The notes: a model not told the origin generated them from the letters alone. A stretch of 64,000 nucleotides of DNA from Bacteroidales bacterium (GCA_024685175.1 JAIKWD010000004.1:3622-67621); one strand, 5' to 3'; counted from the first letter of the stretch, positions 47,627 to 56,958 are shown. Made by a program: numbers and translations.

Positions 47627-48382
47627 ATGAAAAATGTATTTATTACAGGTGCTACTAGCGGATTCGGCGAGGCCATAGCCCGCACACTCGCTAAACAGAA
47701 CATTAAAATGATCATTACAGGCCGTACGGAAGGCAAGCTTCTCCAGGTGGCCAAGGATATAGAGACCACAACACAGACCAAGGTGTTGCCTTTGGTCTTT
47801 GACGTGCGCGACTATCATGCTTGCGAGACGGCCATCAACACGATTCCCGACGATTTCCGCGATGTGGATGTGCTTGTCAACAACGCCGGCCTCGCCGTGG
47901 AGCTGAATCCTATCCAGGAGGGTGCTATAGAAGACTGGGAACGAATGATTGACACCAACATCAAGGGCTTGCTCTATGTCACACGCCTAGTGTCTCCGTG
48001 GATGGTGGCGCGGAAGCAGGGCCACATCATCAACATCGGCTCTACAGCATCACATGAGATCTATTATGGCGGCAACGTCTATTGTGCTACCAAGCATGCC
48101 GTGTTGGCTCTTACCAAAGGCATGCGTACGGATATGCTCCAGTACGGCATCAAGGTCACCCAGATCTCCCCAGGCGCCTGCGAGACCAATTTCTCAGTGG
48201 TCCGTTTCCACGGCGACAAGGCCAAGGCCGACAAGGTCTACGAAGGCTATGACCCACTCGTGGCCCAAGACATCGCCGACGTGGTGGAGTTTGTGCTCTC
48301 CCGCCCGCCGCACGTATGCCTCAACGAGATTATCCTTACACCCACCGCCCAATTCAACGGCGTGATCCACAAAAACAAATAG
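47627..48382 (+). CDS. short-chain dehydrogenase/reductase (YdfG-like)
   Basis: Start moved to ATG 47627 (MKNVFITGATSGFGEA), 32 nt after a -7 box. Contains NNAG and YCATKHA. Confidence 0.85.
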   Translation: MKNVFITGATSGFGEAIARTLAKQNIKMIITGRTEGKLLQVAKDIETTTQTKVLPLVFDVRDYHACETAINTIPDDFRDVDVLVNNAGLAVELNPIQEGAIEDWERMIDTNIKGLLYVTRLVSPWMVARKQGHIINIGSTASHEIYYGGNVYCATKHAVLALTKGMRTDMLQYGIKVTQISPGACETNFSVVRFHGDKAKADKVYEGYDPLVAQDIADVVEFVLSRPPHVCLNEIILTPTAQFNGVIHKNK

Positions 48383-48395
48383 CCGTTCTACAGCA

Positions 48396-51300
48396 GTGAA
48401 AAGGATTTGGTGCATATTGTTCGTTCTGGCAACCCTCATAGGGTGGGGGAACGCGTATGCCCAAAACTCCTATAATGTCCCCTCTTCCAGTCACACAAAC
48501 GTTACCACTTGCGACGCCTGGATCTACGACAATGGTGGTGCAAATGGCAACTATTCAAACAATTGCAATGGCTATTTGGTCATCTATCCGAGCGGGAACA
48601 ATACATTGGTGTCCATAACATCCGGTACCTACAACACGATAGACGTAAGCTACGATTATATTGAGATCTATAATGGCGTCGGTACCAACGGTACGCCATT
48701 GGTCAGACTTGGCGGATCGGGGAGTATTACGAGTCCGATAACTTCTACCGCCGCCAACGGGGCCCTGACCATACGTTTCATTTCGGACTTCTGGTTTACC
48801 CGTCCCGGTTTTTCCTTGCATGTGCAGTGCACGCCTGTGGTTTCGATGTCTTCCACGATGCTGTCAACCTGCAATATGGCGTGGGCGGATCCAGGCGGTA
48901 CGGGCAACTACTCGAGCAACCAGAACATAACCCAAACCATCTGCTCCGACAACGGCGAACGGTTGATGGTCGACTTTTCTTCGTTTTCTTTGTATACTGG
49001 CGATACACTGTTCGTCTATGACGGAAACACCATAGCGGCCAACTTGTCGGGCTCTTTTTCCTGGAACTCGTCACCTGGAACCATAATCTCTTCGGGCACC
49101 TGTCTGACCTTCCGTTTCGTCAGCAACGGCTATGGCAACAACTCTGGTTGGCTTGCGCTAGTCTCTTGTTCCAATTGTTCTTCTGGCAACCACCCGCCCA
49201 GTACCGATTTGGGTTCGCCATGCGCCGCCGACAACATCCATCCGTTCTGTACGGACGAAGGCCAATATGTCTACGAGTCAGGTGTGACGGGCAGCGCTGA
49301 CGGTTTCTTTGATGATCCTTCTTCAGTGGGCTGCCTTGCAGTGACTCCTGCTCCGGCGTGGTATTATATGCGTATTGCCGATTCTGGCGACATCACTATC
49401 CACATCACACAACGTTTGCTCGCGCCTAATTTGTGGGGATCCTATATGGGTGACGTGGATTTCGCCTGTTGGGGCCCATTCACGGCGCAGAGCCCGAGCG
49501 ATTTCATAGAAAACCTCTGTTGTGGATTCTATTCGTTAAATATTGACGATCACCCCGATAATACGAGTCCCGATGCCCATTATCCATATCCCAACTTGGT
49601 GGACTGCAGTTACGATCCGGCCTCCACGGAAGATTGTCACATTACCAACGCCCAAGTCGGAGAGTATTATCTTTTGTTGATAACGAATTATGAGCGGGAA
49701 AGGGGAGTCATAACCTTCAACTCCACGCCAACCTCCACGGCCACCACGGACTGCAGCATTATGGTGGATGTGTCCAATGATGGTCCTTACTGTGAGGGCG
49801 ATACGATCCACTTGATATGTAATAATCCTTCGGTAGGAGCAAGCTATTCGTGGACAGGCCCTAACGGCTGGACGTCGAATGAGGTCAATCCAGTGATTTA
49901 TCCAGCTACGACTGCGATGAACGGCAATGCTTATTATTTGGTGAAAAGCATAGATGGCGTCGATTCGGATCCCGACACGACCATAATATCTGTTTCTCCG
50001 AAACCCATTGCTGAAATCATAGCTACTGATACTGTCATTTGCCTTGGCGAATCGGTGACCCTTTCTGCCCAGTGTAGGCCAGATACTTTCTTTACGGAAC
50101 TGTTTGATGGGATTTTGTCTGGGAACAATGCCTATTCTACGGGTTCGCTCAATCAGGTGGACGTCTCTGATATGGTGCAGTTCTCTGCCTATTCCAATAT
50201 TTATATGGCCGGCGGCGCTGTGAAGGTGGGCGACCAGAACATTCCCGGTAGCATGACGTCCGTGCCCTACGATCTGACAAATCCTTTCACGGTGCTCATT
50301 GGGGCAAAGAATTGGTTCGGTGCCAATGCGATGATGAGAGTGGAAGTGATTGACAATAACGGCGTCTCGCATCAAGCGCAGAATATCAATGTACATCAAG
50401 ACTGGTTTGAAGATTACCCAGTCACTTTTACGGGTGTTTCCAGTGGAGCTAAGATTAAGATATCCAAGGAATCGGGTAATCCTTATTTCATAGATAGGAT
50501 CTCCTTCTTGCGTGATGTACAATGTGTCAACCATTGGAGCCCTGGTGGGCAAACATCACAGTCTATAACAGTGTCACCCCAAAACACTACACAATACATA
50601 TTGCAGCAAAGTGTCGGTCCATGTGACGATTATGATACTATAACGATAGTCGTTAATCAACCGACAGTCAATCCAGATACGATTGTCCGAATGGTACGTT
50701 CCGATGCTTTCCCGTACTCGTTCAATAACACATTGTTCTATATTCCTGGTGAGTATGTGTTAACAACCCAGAATGCGGCTGGCTGCGACAGTACATACTT
50801 CTTATCACTGAGGTTGTTGCCCGCCGTGTATGTGAATCTGGATACTATTGTCTGTAAGCAATCGTTGCCTGTGCAATGGCATGATGTGATGTTTTATGGC
50901 GACAGTGTAGCCTCTCTCACATTTTTGAGCGCTTCTGGCGCCGATAGCATCGTGCAGCTGTCACTTTCAGTGAGTCTCAACCCTATCATCTCCGTTAACC
51001 TGGTGGATGAGACTTGCGCAGGAGATACACTGTTCGTGATGATCAGCAGCGACGAAAATGCTACTCTGCAAATAGATGACAATGCCGCCACGCGCGGCGA
51101 GACCCAGAAAGTGTTCCTGCCCGATTCCATCGATTGCCCACCATACGGTTCCAGTTACCGGTCGTTGGCCAACTTTTCACATTTCCAGTCAGGTGCTATG
51201 GTTACATCCGTCAATGACATCCTCTATCTGCGACTCAAGATCGAACACTCTGCCCTTGAAGACCTTCGTATGTCTGTGGTATGCCCAACCGGCCAAAGAA

Positions 51301-53399
51301 GCAAACTGGTGGCCGACTATAACCGCGAAACCGGACAGTGGGACAACATACCAAATACAGGATTTAGACTGAATCTGGGCCTCGCTAACCGCTTGACTGA
51401 CGAACTGGATTGTGACAGTACCCTTAGTCCGATTGGCATCCCGTGGGATTATGTCTGGTCCAATAACACGACGCTAAACTATCAGTACGCCAATAGCGCT
51501 CACAGCTATTGCTACGAGCAGGCAAATATCCAGTTGTACAACAATCCTTATTGGGACTCTAGCCCTTATCACTATTCTGTAAAACCGAGCAATCTTAACA
51601 ATCGTAGCCAGATCTATCATCCATACCAAAGCTTCTCTAATCTTGTTGGATGTCCTTTGAATGGAGAATGGTATATTGAAATCCAAGATATGATGCCGGA
51701 TGACAATGGATATTTGGTGGAATGGGAGTTGGCTATGGATCCTTCATTGCTGCGTGTAGAGAATCCGCCCGTGGTTAGTCGCTCCCTCACTGGCCCGTGG
51801 GTGACTCGCCTCACGGATTCGACTTTCATCGTCACGCCGCCATACAACTTGGCCCACGATACGACCGCCACTTATGTGTTCCATATTCAGGACTCTATTG
51901 GTTGCACCTTCGATACGTTGACCAAAGTCACCTTCTTTGCCCATGTCTCTTCCCAATATGATACGGCTGTTTGTTCCAACGACTTGCCGATCACTTGGCG
52001 TGATGAACTCTTTACGGCGGCTGGAAGTCGAGAATTGACGAGGACCTCCTATCATGGATGTGATAGCCTGGTGACACTTACCCTTACCACCAAACATGCT
52101 GTTACCCAGAATGTCGATACCTCTGTTTGCATCGGCGACTTGCCGATCACTTGGAATGGCATGAACATAAGTCAATCATTCTTGGCTACTCTTGTGCCAA
52201 CTAGTACTCAACCCCCAACGTATGCCATAGTTGATACGCTCTTCGGGGCCGCGGCCAATCAATGCGATAGTATTGTTACGTTGCATCTTACCCTTACCCA
52301 GTCTGTGGTTGCCAGACCGGTAGATACCATTATATGTGCCGCCGACTTGCCGTTTGTTTGGAATGAGACTGCCATAACCCAGCAAGATCTGGATTCCCAT
52401 GAGGCCGAGGGTATGCCACCTGTGTACACCTTTGTCGATACCCTATCAAGGGCTTCCCTCAATGGGTGCGATAGTATCATTACGTTGCACCTTACTGTAA
52501 ATCGGCCTGTTGAGGCAGCCAGGGTTGAGACCCTCGTTTGCGCTGACGATTTGCCCATCATTTGGCTTAACACAACTATTGATCAACATTACCTTGAACT
52601 ATTGGAAGAGACGGGCGCGCAGCCCCCGACCTATATTATCGTCGATACCATCGAAAGAGCTGCCGCCAATGGCTGTGATAGTATTGTGACCTTGCGTTTA
52701 ACGGTCAATCAACCTTCAGACCCTGAGGCTGTAGAGGTAACTGCATGCGGAGAATACACATGGATCGATGGCCGTACTTATACGTATAGCACCAATACTC
52801 CGACCCATATCTTGTCTAATATGGCAGGCTGTGATAGCGTATTAACCCTGCATCTGACTATTTTTCCCAAACCCCAAGCCTGTTTTGTGGTCTCTGCGCT
52901 TGATGACAACTATGAATTAGGCGCCACTCTGCATTTTGAGGAATGCTCACCAGGAATGGCTAATTATGAATGGTCTATGGGCAATATGGTGACTTTTGAT
53001 ATGCCCTCTTTTGATTATGTCTATCCGCATTCAGGATACTATCACGTTACGCTTAAGGTGACGGATGCAAATGGCTGCACCGATGAGCAGGGTAAAACAG
53101 TCTCTATCCATGAGCCGGAAACACAGGTTTTCTTCGCCAATACTTTCACCCCTAACGGAGATGGCTTGAATGACATTTTCAAGCCTGAAGGACAACATAT
53201 TATGCCTGAGGGCTACTCGTTGGTGATCTACGACCGATGGGGCGTGAAGGTCTTCAGTAGCACCGATCCCAACTATGGCTGGGATGGTACCTATATGGGT
53301 AGACTTGTGCCCAACAACTCCGTGATGTCCTATACGTTTAGATGTATTACAGAGTACGGTATGATCAGACAGAAAGGTGCTGTGACAGTCGTTTATTAA
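48396..53399 (+). CDS. giant secreted T9SS cargo protein: 2x CUB-like, P-domain-like, ~7 Cys-containing repeats, PKD, type-B (CHU_C/gliding) C-terminal sorting domain
   Basis: 1667 aa with a GTG start and signal peptide VKRIWCILFVLATLIGWGNAYAQ. CUB-like blocks at about 48471-48830 and 48856-49169. P-domain-like block at about 51175-51740 (LEDLRMSVVCPTG...GEWYIEIQDMMPDDNGYLVEWELAM). PKD at about 52921-53115. C-terminal domain FTPNGDGLNDIF...IYDRWG...WDG at about 53127-53396. Confidence 0.85.
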   Translation: MKRIWCILFVLATLIGWGNAYAQNSYNVPSSSHTNVTTCDAWIYDNGGANGNYSNNCNGYLVIYPSGNNTLVSITSGTYNTIDVSYDYIEIYNGVGTNGTPLVRLGGSGSITSPITSTAANGALTIRFISDFWFTRPGFSLHVQCTPVVSMSSTMLSTCNMAWADPGGTGNYSSNQNITQTICSDNGERLMVDFSSFSLYTGDTLFVYDGNTIAANLSGSFSWNSSPGTIISSGTCLTFRFVSNGYGNNSGWLALVSCSNCSSGNHPPSTDLGSPCAADNIHPFCTDEGQYVYESGVTGSADGFFDDPSSVGCLAVTPAPAWYYMRIADSGDITIHITQRLLAPNLWGSYMGDVDFACWGPFTAQSPSDFIENLCCGFYSLNIDDHPDNTSPDAHYPYPNLVDCSYDPASTEDCHITNAQVGEYYLLLITNYERERGVITFNSTPTSTATTDCSIMVDVSNDGPYCEGDTIHLICNNPSVGASYSWTGPNGWTSNEVNPVIYPATTAMNGNAYYLVKSIDGVDSDPDTTIISVSPKPIAEIIATDTVICLGESVTLSAQCRPDTFFTELFDGILSGNNAYSTGSLNQVDVSDMVQFSAYSNIYMAGGAVKVGDQNIPGSMTSVPYDLTNPFTVLIGAKNWFGANAMMRVEVIDNNGVSHQAQNINVHQDWFEDYPVTFTGVSSGAKIKISKESGNPYFIDRISFLRDVQCVNHWSPGGQTSQSITVSPQNTTQYILQQSVGPCDDYDTITIVVNQPTVNPDTIVRMVRSDAFPYSFNNTLFYIPGEYVLTTQNAAGCDSTYFLSLRLLPAVYVNLDTIVCKQSLPVQWHDVMFYGDSVASLTFLSASGADSIVQLSLSVSLNPIISVNLVDETCAGDTLFVMISSDENATLQIDDNAATRGETQKVFLPDSIDCPPYGSSYRSLANFSHFQSGAMVTSVNDILYLRLKIEHSALEDLRMSVVCPTGQRSKLVADYNRETGQWDNIPNTGFRLNLGLANRLTDELDCDSTLSPIGIPWDYVWSNNTTLNYQYANSAHSYCYEQANIQLYNNPYWDSSPYHYSVKPSNLNNRSQIYHPYQSFSNLVGCPLNGEWYIEIQDMMPDDNGYLVEWELAMDPSLLRVENPPVVSRSLTGPWVTRLTDSTFIVTPPYNLAHDTTATYVFHIQDSIGCTFDTLTKVTFFAHVSSQYDTAVCSNDLPITWRDELFTAAGSRELTRTSYHGCDSLVTLTLTTKHAVTQNVDTSVCIGDLPITWNGMNISQSFLATLVPTSTQPPTYAIVDTLFGAAANQCDSIVTLHLTLTQSVVARPVDTIICAADLPFVWNETAITQQDLDSHEAEGMPPVYTFVDTLSRASLNGCDSIITLHLTVNRPVEAARVETLVCADDLPIIWLNTTIDQHYLELLEETGAQPPTYIIVDTIERAAANGCDSIVTLRLTVNQPSDPEAVEVTACGEYTWIDGRTYTYSTNTPTHILSNMAGCDSVLTLHLTIFPKPQACFVVSALDDNYELGATLHFEECSPGMANYEWSMGNMVTFDMPSFDYVYPHSGYYHVTLKVTDANGCTDEQGKTVSIHEPETQVFFANTFTPNGDGLNDIFKPEGQHIMPEGYSLVIYDRWGVKVFSSTDPNYGWDGTYMGRLVPNNSVMSYTFRCITEYGMIRQKGAVTVVY
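51956..52880 (+). repeat. in-frame tandem repeats (~204-207 nt, ~69 aa) inside the T9SS cargo gene
   Basis: Units start at 52113, 52320 and 52524 (full copies), with shorter copies at 51956 and 52731. Each has VDTxVCxxDLPIxW ... GCDSIVTLxLTV. Confidence 0.85.
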
Positions 53400-53413
53400 A
53401 GCTTTTAAGAACT

Positions 53414-53833
53414 ATGGATATTTTCTCTCCTCACTCCAACAAATCGCAAACGCCTTTGGTAGAAGGAATCAGGGCAGGGTTTCCTTCCCCGGCGGAAGAC
53501 TTTACCGGTCCCGCGCTCGACCTGAACCAATATGTCATCAAGAACGCCGCCTCCACCTTCTACGCCCGCATCACGGGCTATAGTATGGTTGGCGCTGGCA
53601 TCCAGGACGGCGACATCGTCGTCATCGACAAGTCTTTGGAACCCACAGACGGCTGCATCGCCGTTTGCTTCCTCGACGGCGAGTTTACCCTTAAGAGCAT
53701 CAAGGTGGAGAAGGACCGTGTCTGGCTTATACCCGCCAATCCGGATTATAAGCCTATTGAGGTGACCGAAGACAATCACTTCGTGGTGTGGGGCATCGTC
53801 ACCTATGTGATCAAGAAAATGAATCGCCTGTAA
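53414..53833 (+). CDS. umuD: S24 peptidase, UmuD-like translesion polymerase accessory subunit
   Basis: Start moved to ATG 53414. GFPSPAEDF, GYSM (Ser nucleophile) and the DGEFTLK lysine region are present. Confidence 0.8.
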   Translation: MDIFSPHSNKSQTPLVEGIRAGFPSPAEDFTGPALDLNQYVIKNAASTFYARITGYSMVGAGIQDGDIVVIDKSLEPTDGCIAVCFLDGEFTLKSIKVEKDRVWLIPANPDYKPIEVTEDNHFVVWGIVTYVIKKMNRL

Positions 53834-53855
53834 AAGGGCTTTATATCAATATATT

Positions 53856-55115
53856 ATGTATGGCCTTGCCGACTGCAACAACTTTTTCGCCTCTTGCGAA
53901 CGAGTCTTCCGTCCTGACTTGAACGGGAAACCGGTCATCATTTTGTCCAACAACGACGGTTGTGTGATTTCGCGTTCCAACGAGGCCAAACGCATCGGCA
54001 TCAAGATGGGCCAACCGTACTATCAACTCAAGCAGGTGATAAAACAGTACGGGGTTGAGGTGTTCTCCTCGAACTTCGCCTTGTATGGGGATATGTCCCG
54101 CAGGGTACAGATTACGTTGCAGGAACTCGTGCCTGCCACCGAGGTCTACTCCATCGACGAGTCCTTCCTTGACCTTCGGGGCATTGAGGAGTCGGAGTTG
54201 GACGCCCTCGGCCATCATATCTCCTATGTTGTGCAACGCAATACGGGCGTGCCCATCAGCGTGGGCATTGCCCCGACGAAGACCCTGGCCAAGATTGCCT
54301 CCAAACTCTGCAAACAGTACCCCAAACTGCACGGCAGTTGCTTTATGTATCGCCCTGAGGATATAGAGAAGGTGTTGCGCAAGTTTCCCGTGGAAGACGT
54401 TTGGGGCATTGGCCGCCGCTTTTCCAAGATGCTGCAGAGTAGGGGAATACATACGGCCCAGGACTTCGCCAATATGCCGATGAGCCTCGTGCAGTCGCTG
54501 ATGCACGTGGGGGGCGTCAAGACGTGGCGCGAACTGCACGGCGAGCCCTGCGTCGAGTTTGAGGAACAGGCCAAGGACAAACAGCAGATTACCGTCTCAC
54601 GCAGTTTCGCCAAGGAGTTGACCGAAGTGGACGACTTGCAGCAGCAAGTGGCGCTTTTCACCTCGATGGCGGCCGAAAAACTGCGCAAGCAAGAGAGCGT
54701 CTGCAATGCCGTGATGGTCTTTATGCTCACCAACCGCCACCGCGAGGATAAACCACAACAGTTCGCCAACCGCTTGATTCCGTTGCCCGTGGGCACCGAC
54801 AGCACGCTGGAATTGGTCAACGTGGCCACCCGTGCCGTAGCGGAACTGGCCCGTTTCGGCTACGCATACAAGAAAGCGGGCGTGATCTTGTCCGACATTT
54901 TGCCGAAAAATGCATTCCAGACTGCCCTCTTTGACGATGTGGACCATCAAAAGCAATCGAAACTGATGTCCGCCTTGGATGCTATCAACAAGAAGCAAGG
55001 TCCACGCTCCGTGGTAGTTGCCAGTGCCGGTTTCGACGGTGTCAAGATGAACCGTAATCACCTCTCGCCTAACTATACCACGGAGTGGGAAGACATACTA
55101 GTAGTTAGTAGCTAG
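53856..55115 (+). CDS. umuC: Y-family DNA polymerase, UmuC-like
   Basis: 419 aa. MYGLADCNNFFASCERVFRPDL...SIDESFLDL. Lies directly after umuD. Confidence 0.85.
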   Translation: MYGLADCNNFFASCERVFRPDLNGKPVIILSNNDGCVISRSNEAKRIGIKMGQPYYQLKQVIKQYGVEVFSSNFALYGDMSRRVQITLQELVPATEVYSIDESFLDLRGIEESELDALGHHISYVVQRNTGVPISVGIAPTKTLAKIASKLCKQYPKLHGSCFMYRPEDIEKVLRKFPVEDVWGIGRRFSKMLQSRGIHTAQDFANMPMSLVQSLMHVGGVKTWRELHGEPCVEFEEQAKDKQQITVSRSFAKELTEVDDLQQQVALFTSMAAEKLRKQESVCNAVMVFMLTNRHREDKPQQFANRLIPLPVGTDSTLELVNVATRAVAELARFGYAYKKAGVILSDILPKNAFQTALFDDVDHQKQSKLMSALDAINKKQGPRSVVVASAGFDGVKMNRNHLSPNYTTEWEDILVVSS

Positions 55116-55140
55116 TAGTCAGTGGCCAGTTAGCAGAGAC
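55099..55140 (+). repeat. heptamer array TAGTAGT TAGTAGC TAGTAGT CAGTGGC CAGTTAG CAGAGAC
   Basis: Six in-phase heptamers. The first three give two TAG in each reading frame and include the umuC stop (55113-55115). Confidence 0.9.
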
Positions 55141-55160
55141 GATGCACGCATCGTCTCTGC
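55133..55160. terminator. perfect 12-bp-arm hairpin with CACG loop between convergent umuC and the DUF4139 gene
   Basis: GCAGAGACGATG-CACG-CATCGTCTCTGC, with no U-run. Confidence 0.55.
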
Positions 55161-55161
55161 G

Positions 55162-56790
55162 CTAGAATGCGTTCAACACCTTGTCCTTCGGGTATTTCAC
55201 GCTGTAGGTGATGATGAACGTCTTGGTCTCGCCTGCCTTGAGTTCGGTGTCCCAAGTGATGACGCCGATGTCGGTCTTGTCGTAGGTGGCGTTGGGGCTG
55301 ACAGAGACATCTTTAACCTCGATGTCCTTGTTGTTGGAGATGGGATACTGCTCCTTCAACGTCAGTTTTGCACTGCGGTTGAGGTTGTTCTTGACGGTGA
55401 TCTCGAACGACTGCGTGACGGTGGTGCTGTTGCCCACGTGCTTGGTTTCGCAGTAGTCGCGGCGCTTCTCGCGCTTTACGGTCATTCTCGGCTCGGTGGT
55501 GAGCGTCAGCGTGATGTGCTCTTCCGTGTTGTTGGGACGAATGAAACTCTTGCCCACAAAGGTGTTGTCAAAGGTGACGGTGGCCTCGCCTGGCAGCAAG
55601 TTGTATTGCTCATAGTCGGAGAGGGTGGCGACGAGATAGGTTTCGTCTGACAACTTCGGAATACTGTAATACTTGAAGTCGGCCTTGATGTCGTAGCTCT
55701 TCAGGTCGATGAGTTGGGGCTTGCCGTTGCCGGGGATGTCGTAGGGCACGGCGATGTTGTACGACACTTGAATGTCCTGTTCTTCAACCTCTACAAATTG
55801 ATCCATCAAAATCGGTGCGTTTTGAACTGAGACACCCTCTAGGCTTGAATGGACATTTTGGACAGATGCAGCATCGTATTCTATACTGTTTTTAGCGAGG
55901 GGAACGCCATTTGTATATTGTCTGTAATTTCTTTGGAAATTTAGGTGCCACGGTGTGAAGACGGGCGCTTGCGAATAGCGGTTGGGGGTGGCGTTGGAAA
56001 GGGTGAGTCGGACATTGTCCCAGTCAAGGCCGGTGAGTTGGTAGACGCGGGCTTTGGCCTTCAGCGCGATGGGCTTGTCCATAGAAGGAATGTTGAGGTC
56101 GTAGCAGGGCACCCACTGCGCTTTGTCGGTGAAGTAGGTGATGGTGAACTTCGTGGTGATGCTTTCCGGTACACTGATGGAGAGGCGCAGGATACCCGTG
56201 CGCGTCTGGCTGTTGGCATTGTCTTCGGCGATTTGCTGGGTTAACCGATTGACGGTCTCGCGTAACTTCTCCACCTTCTTTTTGTCCTTGTCGATGCTTT
56301 TTTGCAACTCTGCGGCCTTGGTTTGGTAGAGCTCCATATTGGCGTTGATGTCGGCGATGGAGACCTGGTGTTCCTTAAGTTGCATATTGCTTTGTGTGCC
56401 GTCGGTCAACAGCTTCAGCATCTGTTTGTGGCGGGACAGCTCGTTGTCGGCGTCGTTAAGCTTGTCCGTGTAATACTCGAGTGAGTCGGTGAGCTTTTTG
56501 ATGCGGGCGCTCTCCTCACGCGGGGTGATGAAGTCGTTGGAGAACTCGCTGGCGGAAACGAGCACGCCGTTTGCACTGACCTTGAGACTGTTGAGCTCGA
56601 TGTCGGGACTCAGGTTGTCGATGATGATCTCTTGGCTGCCGCTCTTGAGATTAGCGGTGGCCGTGTGGGTGAGCGCCGCGCCGCGGAGATAGACGGTGGC
56701 CTGCTCCAACTTGGCGGAAATCTGTTTTTGGGCAAACGATGGCATAGCGATTGCTATGCATAAAAGCATTAAAGCAAAAGACTTTTTCAT
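55162..56790 (-). CDS. secreted DUF4140/DUF4139 (MuiA-like) protein with central coiled coil
   Basis: Start moved to ATG 56790 (signal peptide MKKSFALMLLCIAIAMPSFAQ). The N-terminus ATVYLRGAALTHTA...LSPDIELNSLKV is typical of this family as recalled. Confidence 0.65.
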   Translation of the reverse strand: MKKSFALMLLCIAIAMPSFAQKQISAKLEQATVYLRGAALTHTATANLKSGSQEIIIDNLSPDIELNSLKVSANGVLVSASEFSNDFITPREESARIKKLTDSLEYYTDKLNDADNELSRHKQMLKLLTDGTQSNMQLKEHQVSIADINANMELYQTKAAELQKSIDKDKKKVEKLRETVNRLTQQIAEDNANSQTRTGILRLSISVPESITTKFTITYFTDKAQWVPCYDLNIPSMDKPIALKAKARVYQLTGLDWDNVRLTLSNATPNRYSQAPVFTPWHLNFQRNYRQYTNGVPLAKNSIEYDAASVQNVHSSLEGVSVQNAPILMDQFVEVEEQDIQVSYNIAVPYDIPGNGKPQLIDLKSYDIKADFKYYSIPKLSDETYLVATLSDYEQYNLLPGEATVTFDNTFVGKSFIRPNNTEEHITLTLTTEPRMTVKREKRRDYCETKHVGNSTTVTQSFEITVKNNLNRSAKLTLKEQYPISNNKDIEVKDVSVSPNATYDKTDIGVITWDTELKAGETKTFIITYSVKYPKDKVLNAF

Positions 56791-56899
56791 AATAATATTA
56801 TTATTGAATATTTTGATAGCAAAAAACAGATAATAGAATATGTTTTTGATGATTGGTTTAAATGTAATTGCACAATACATCAATCACCCTGATATGATA

Positions 56900-56927
56900 G
56901 TAGGGACGCAGCACGCTGCGTCCCTAC
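56900..56927 (-). terminator. perfect 12-bp-arm hairpin with CACG loop after the nfeD-like gene
   Basis: GTAGGGACGCAG-CACG-CTGCGTCCCTAC. Same architecture as 55133-55160. Confidence 0.55.
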
Positions 56928-56930
56928 AAA

Positions 56931-56958
56931 TGCTAACTGCTATCGGCTAACCGCTAAT
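56931..56958 (-). repeat. heptamer array (NGCTAWY)x4
   Basis: TGCTAAC TGCTATC GGCTAAC CGCTAAT. Minus-strand TAG at 56956, 56949, 56942 and 56935; the first is the nfeD-like stop codon. Confidence 0.9.

Noticed and set aside
53380-53414. SOS/LexA box upstream of umuD.
   Set aside because: Only an 8-bp AAAGCTTT palindrome is present. That is too short and too AT-rich to distinguish from chance, and I know of no matching consensus.
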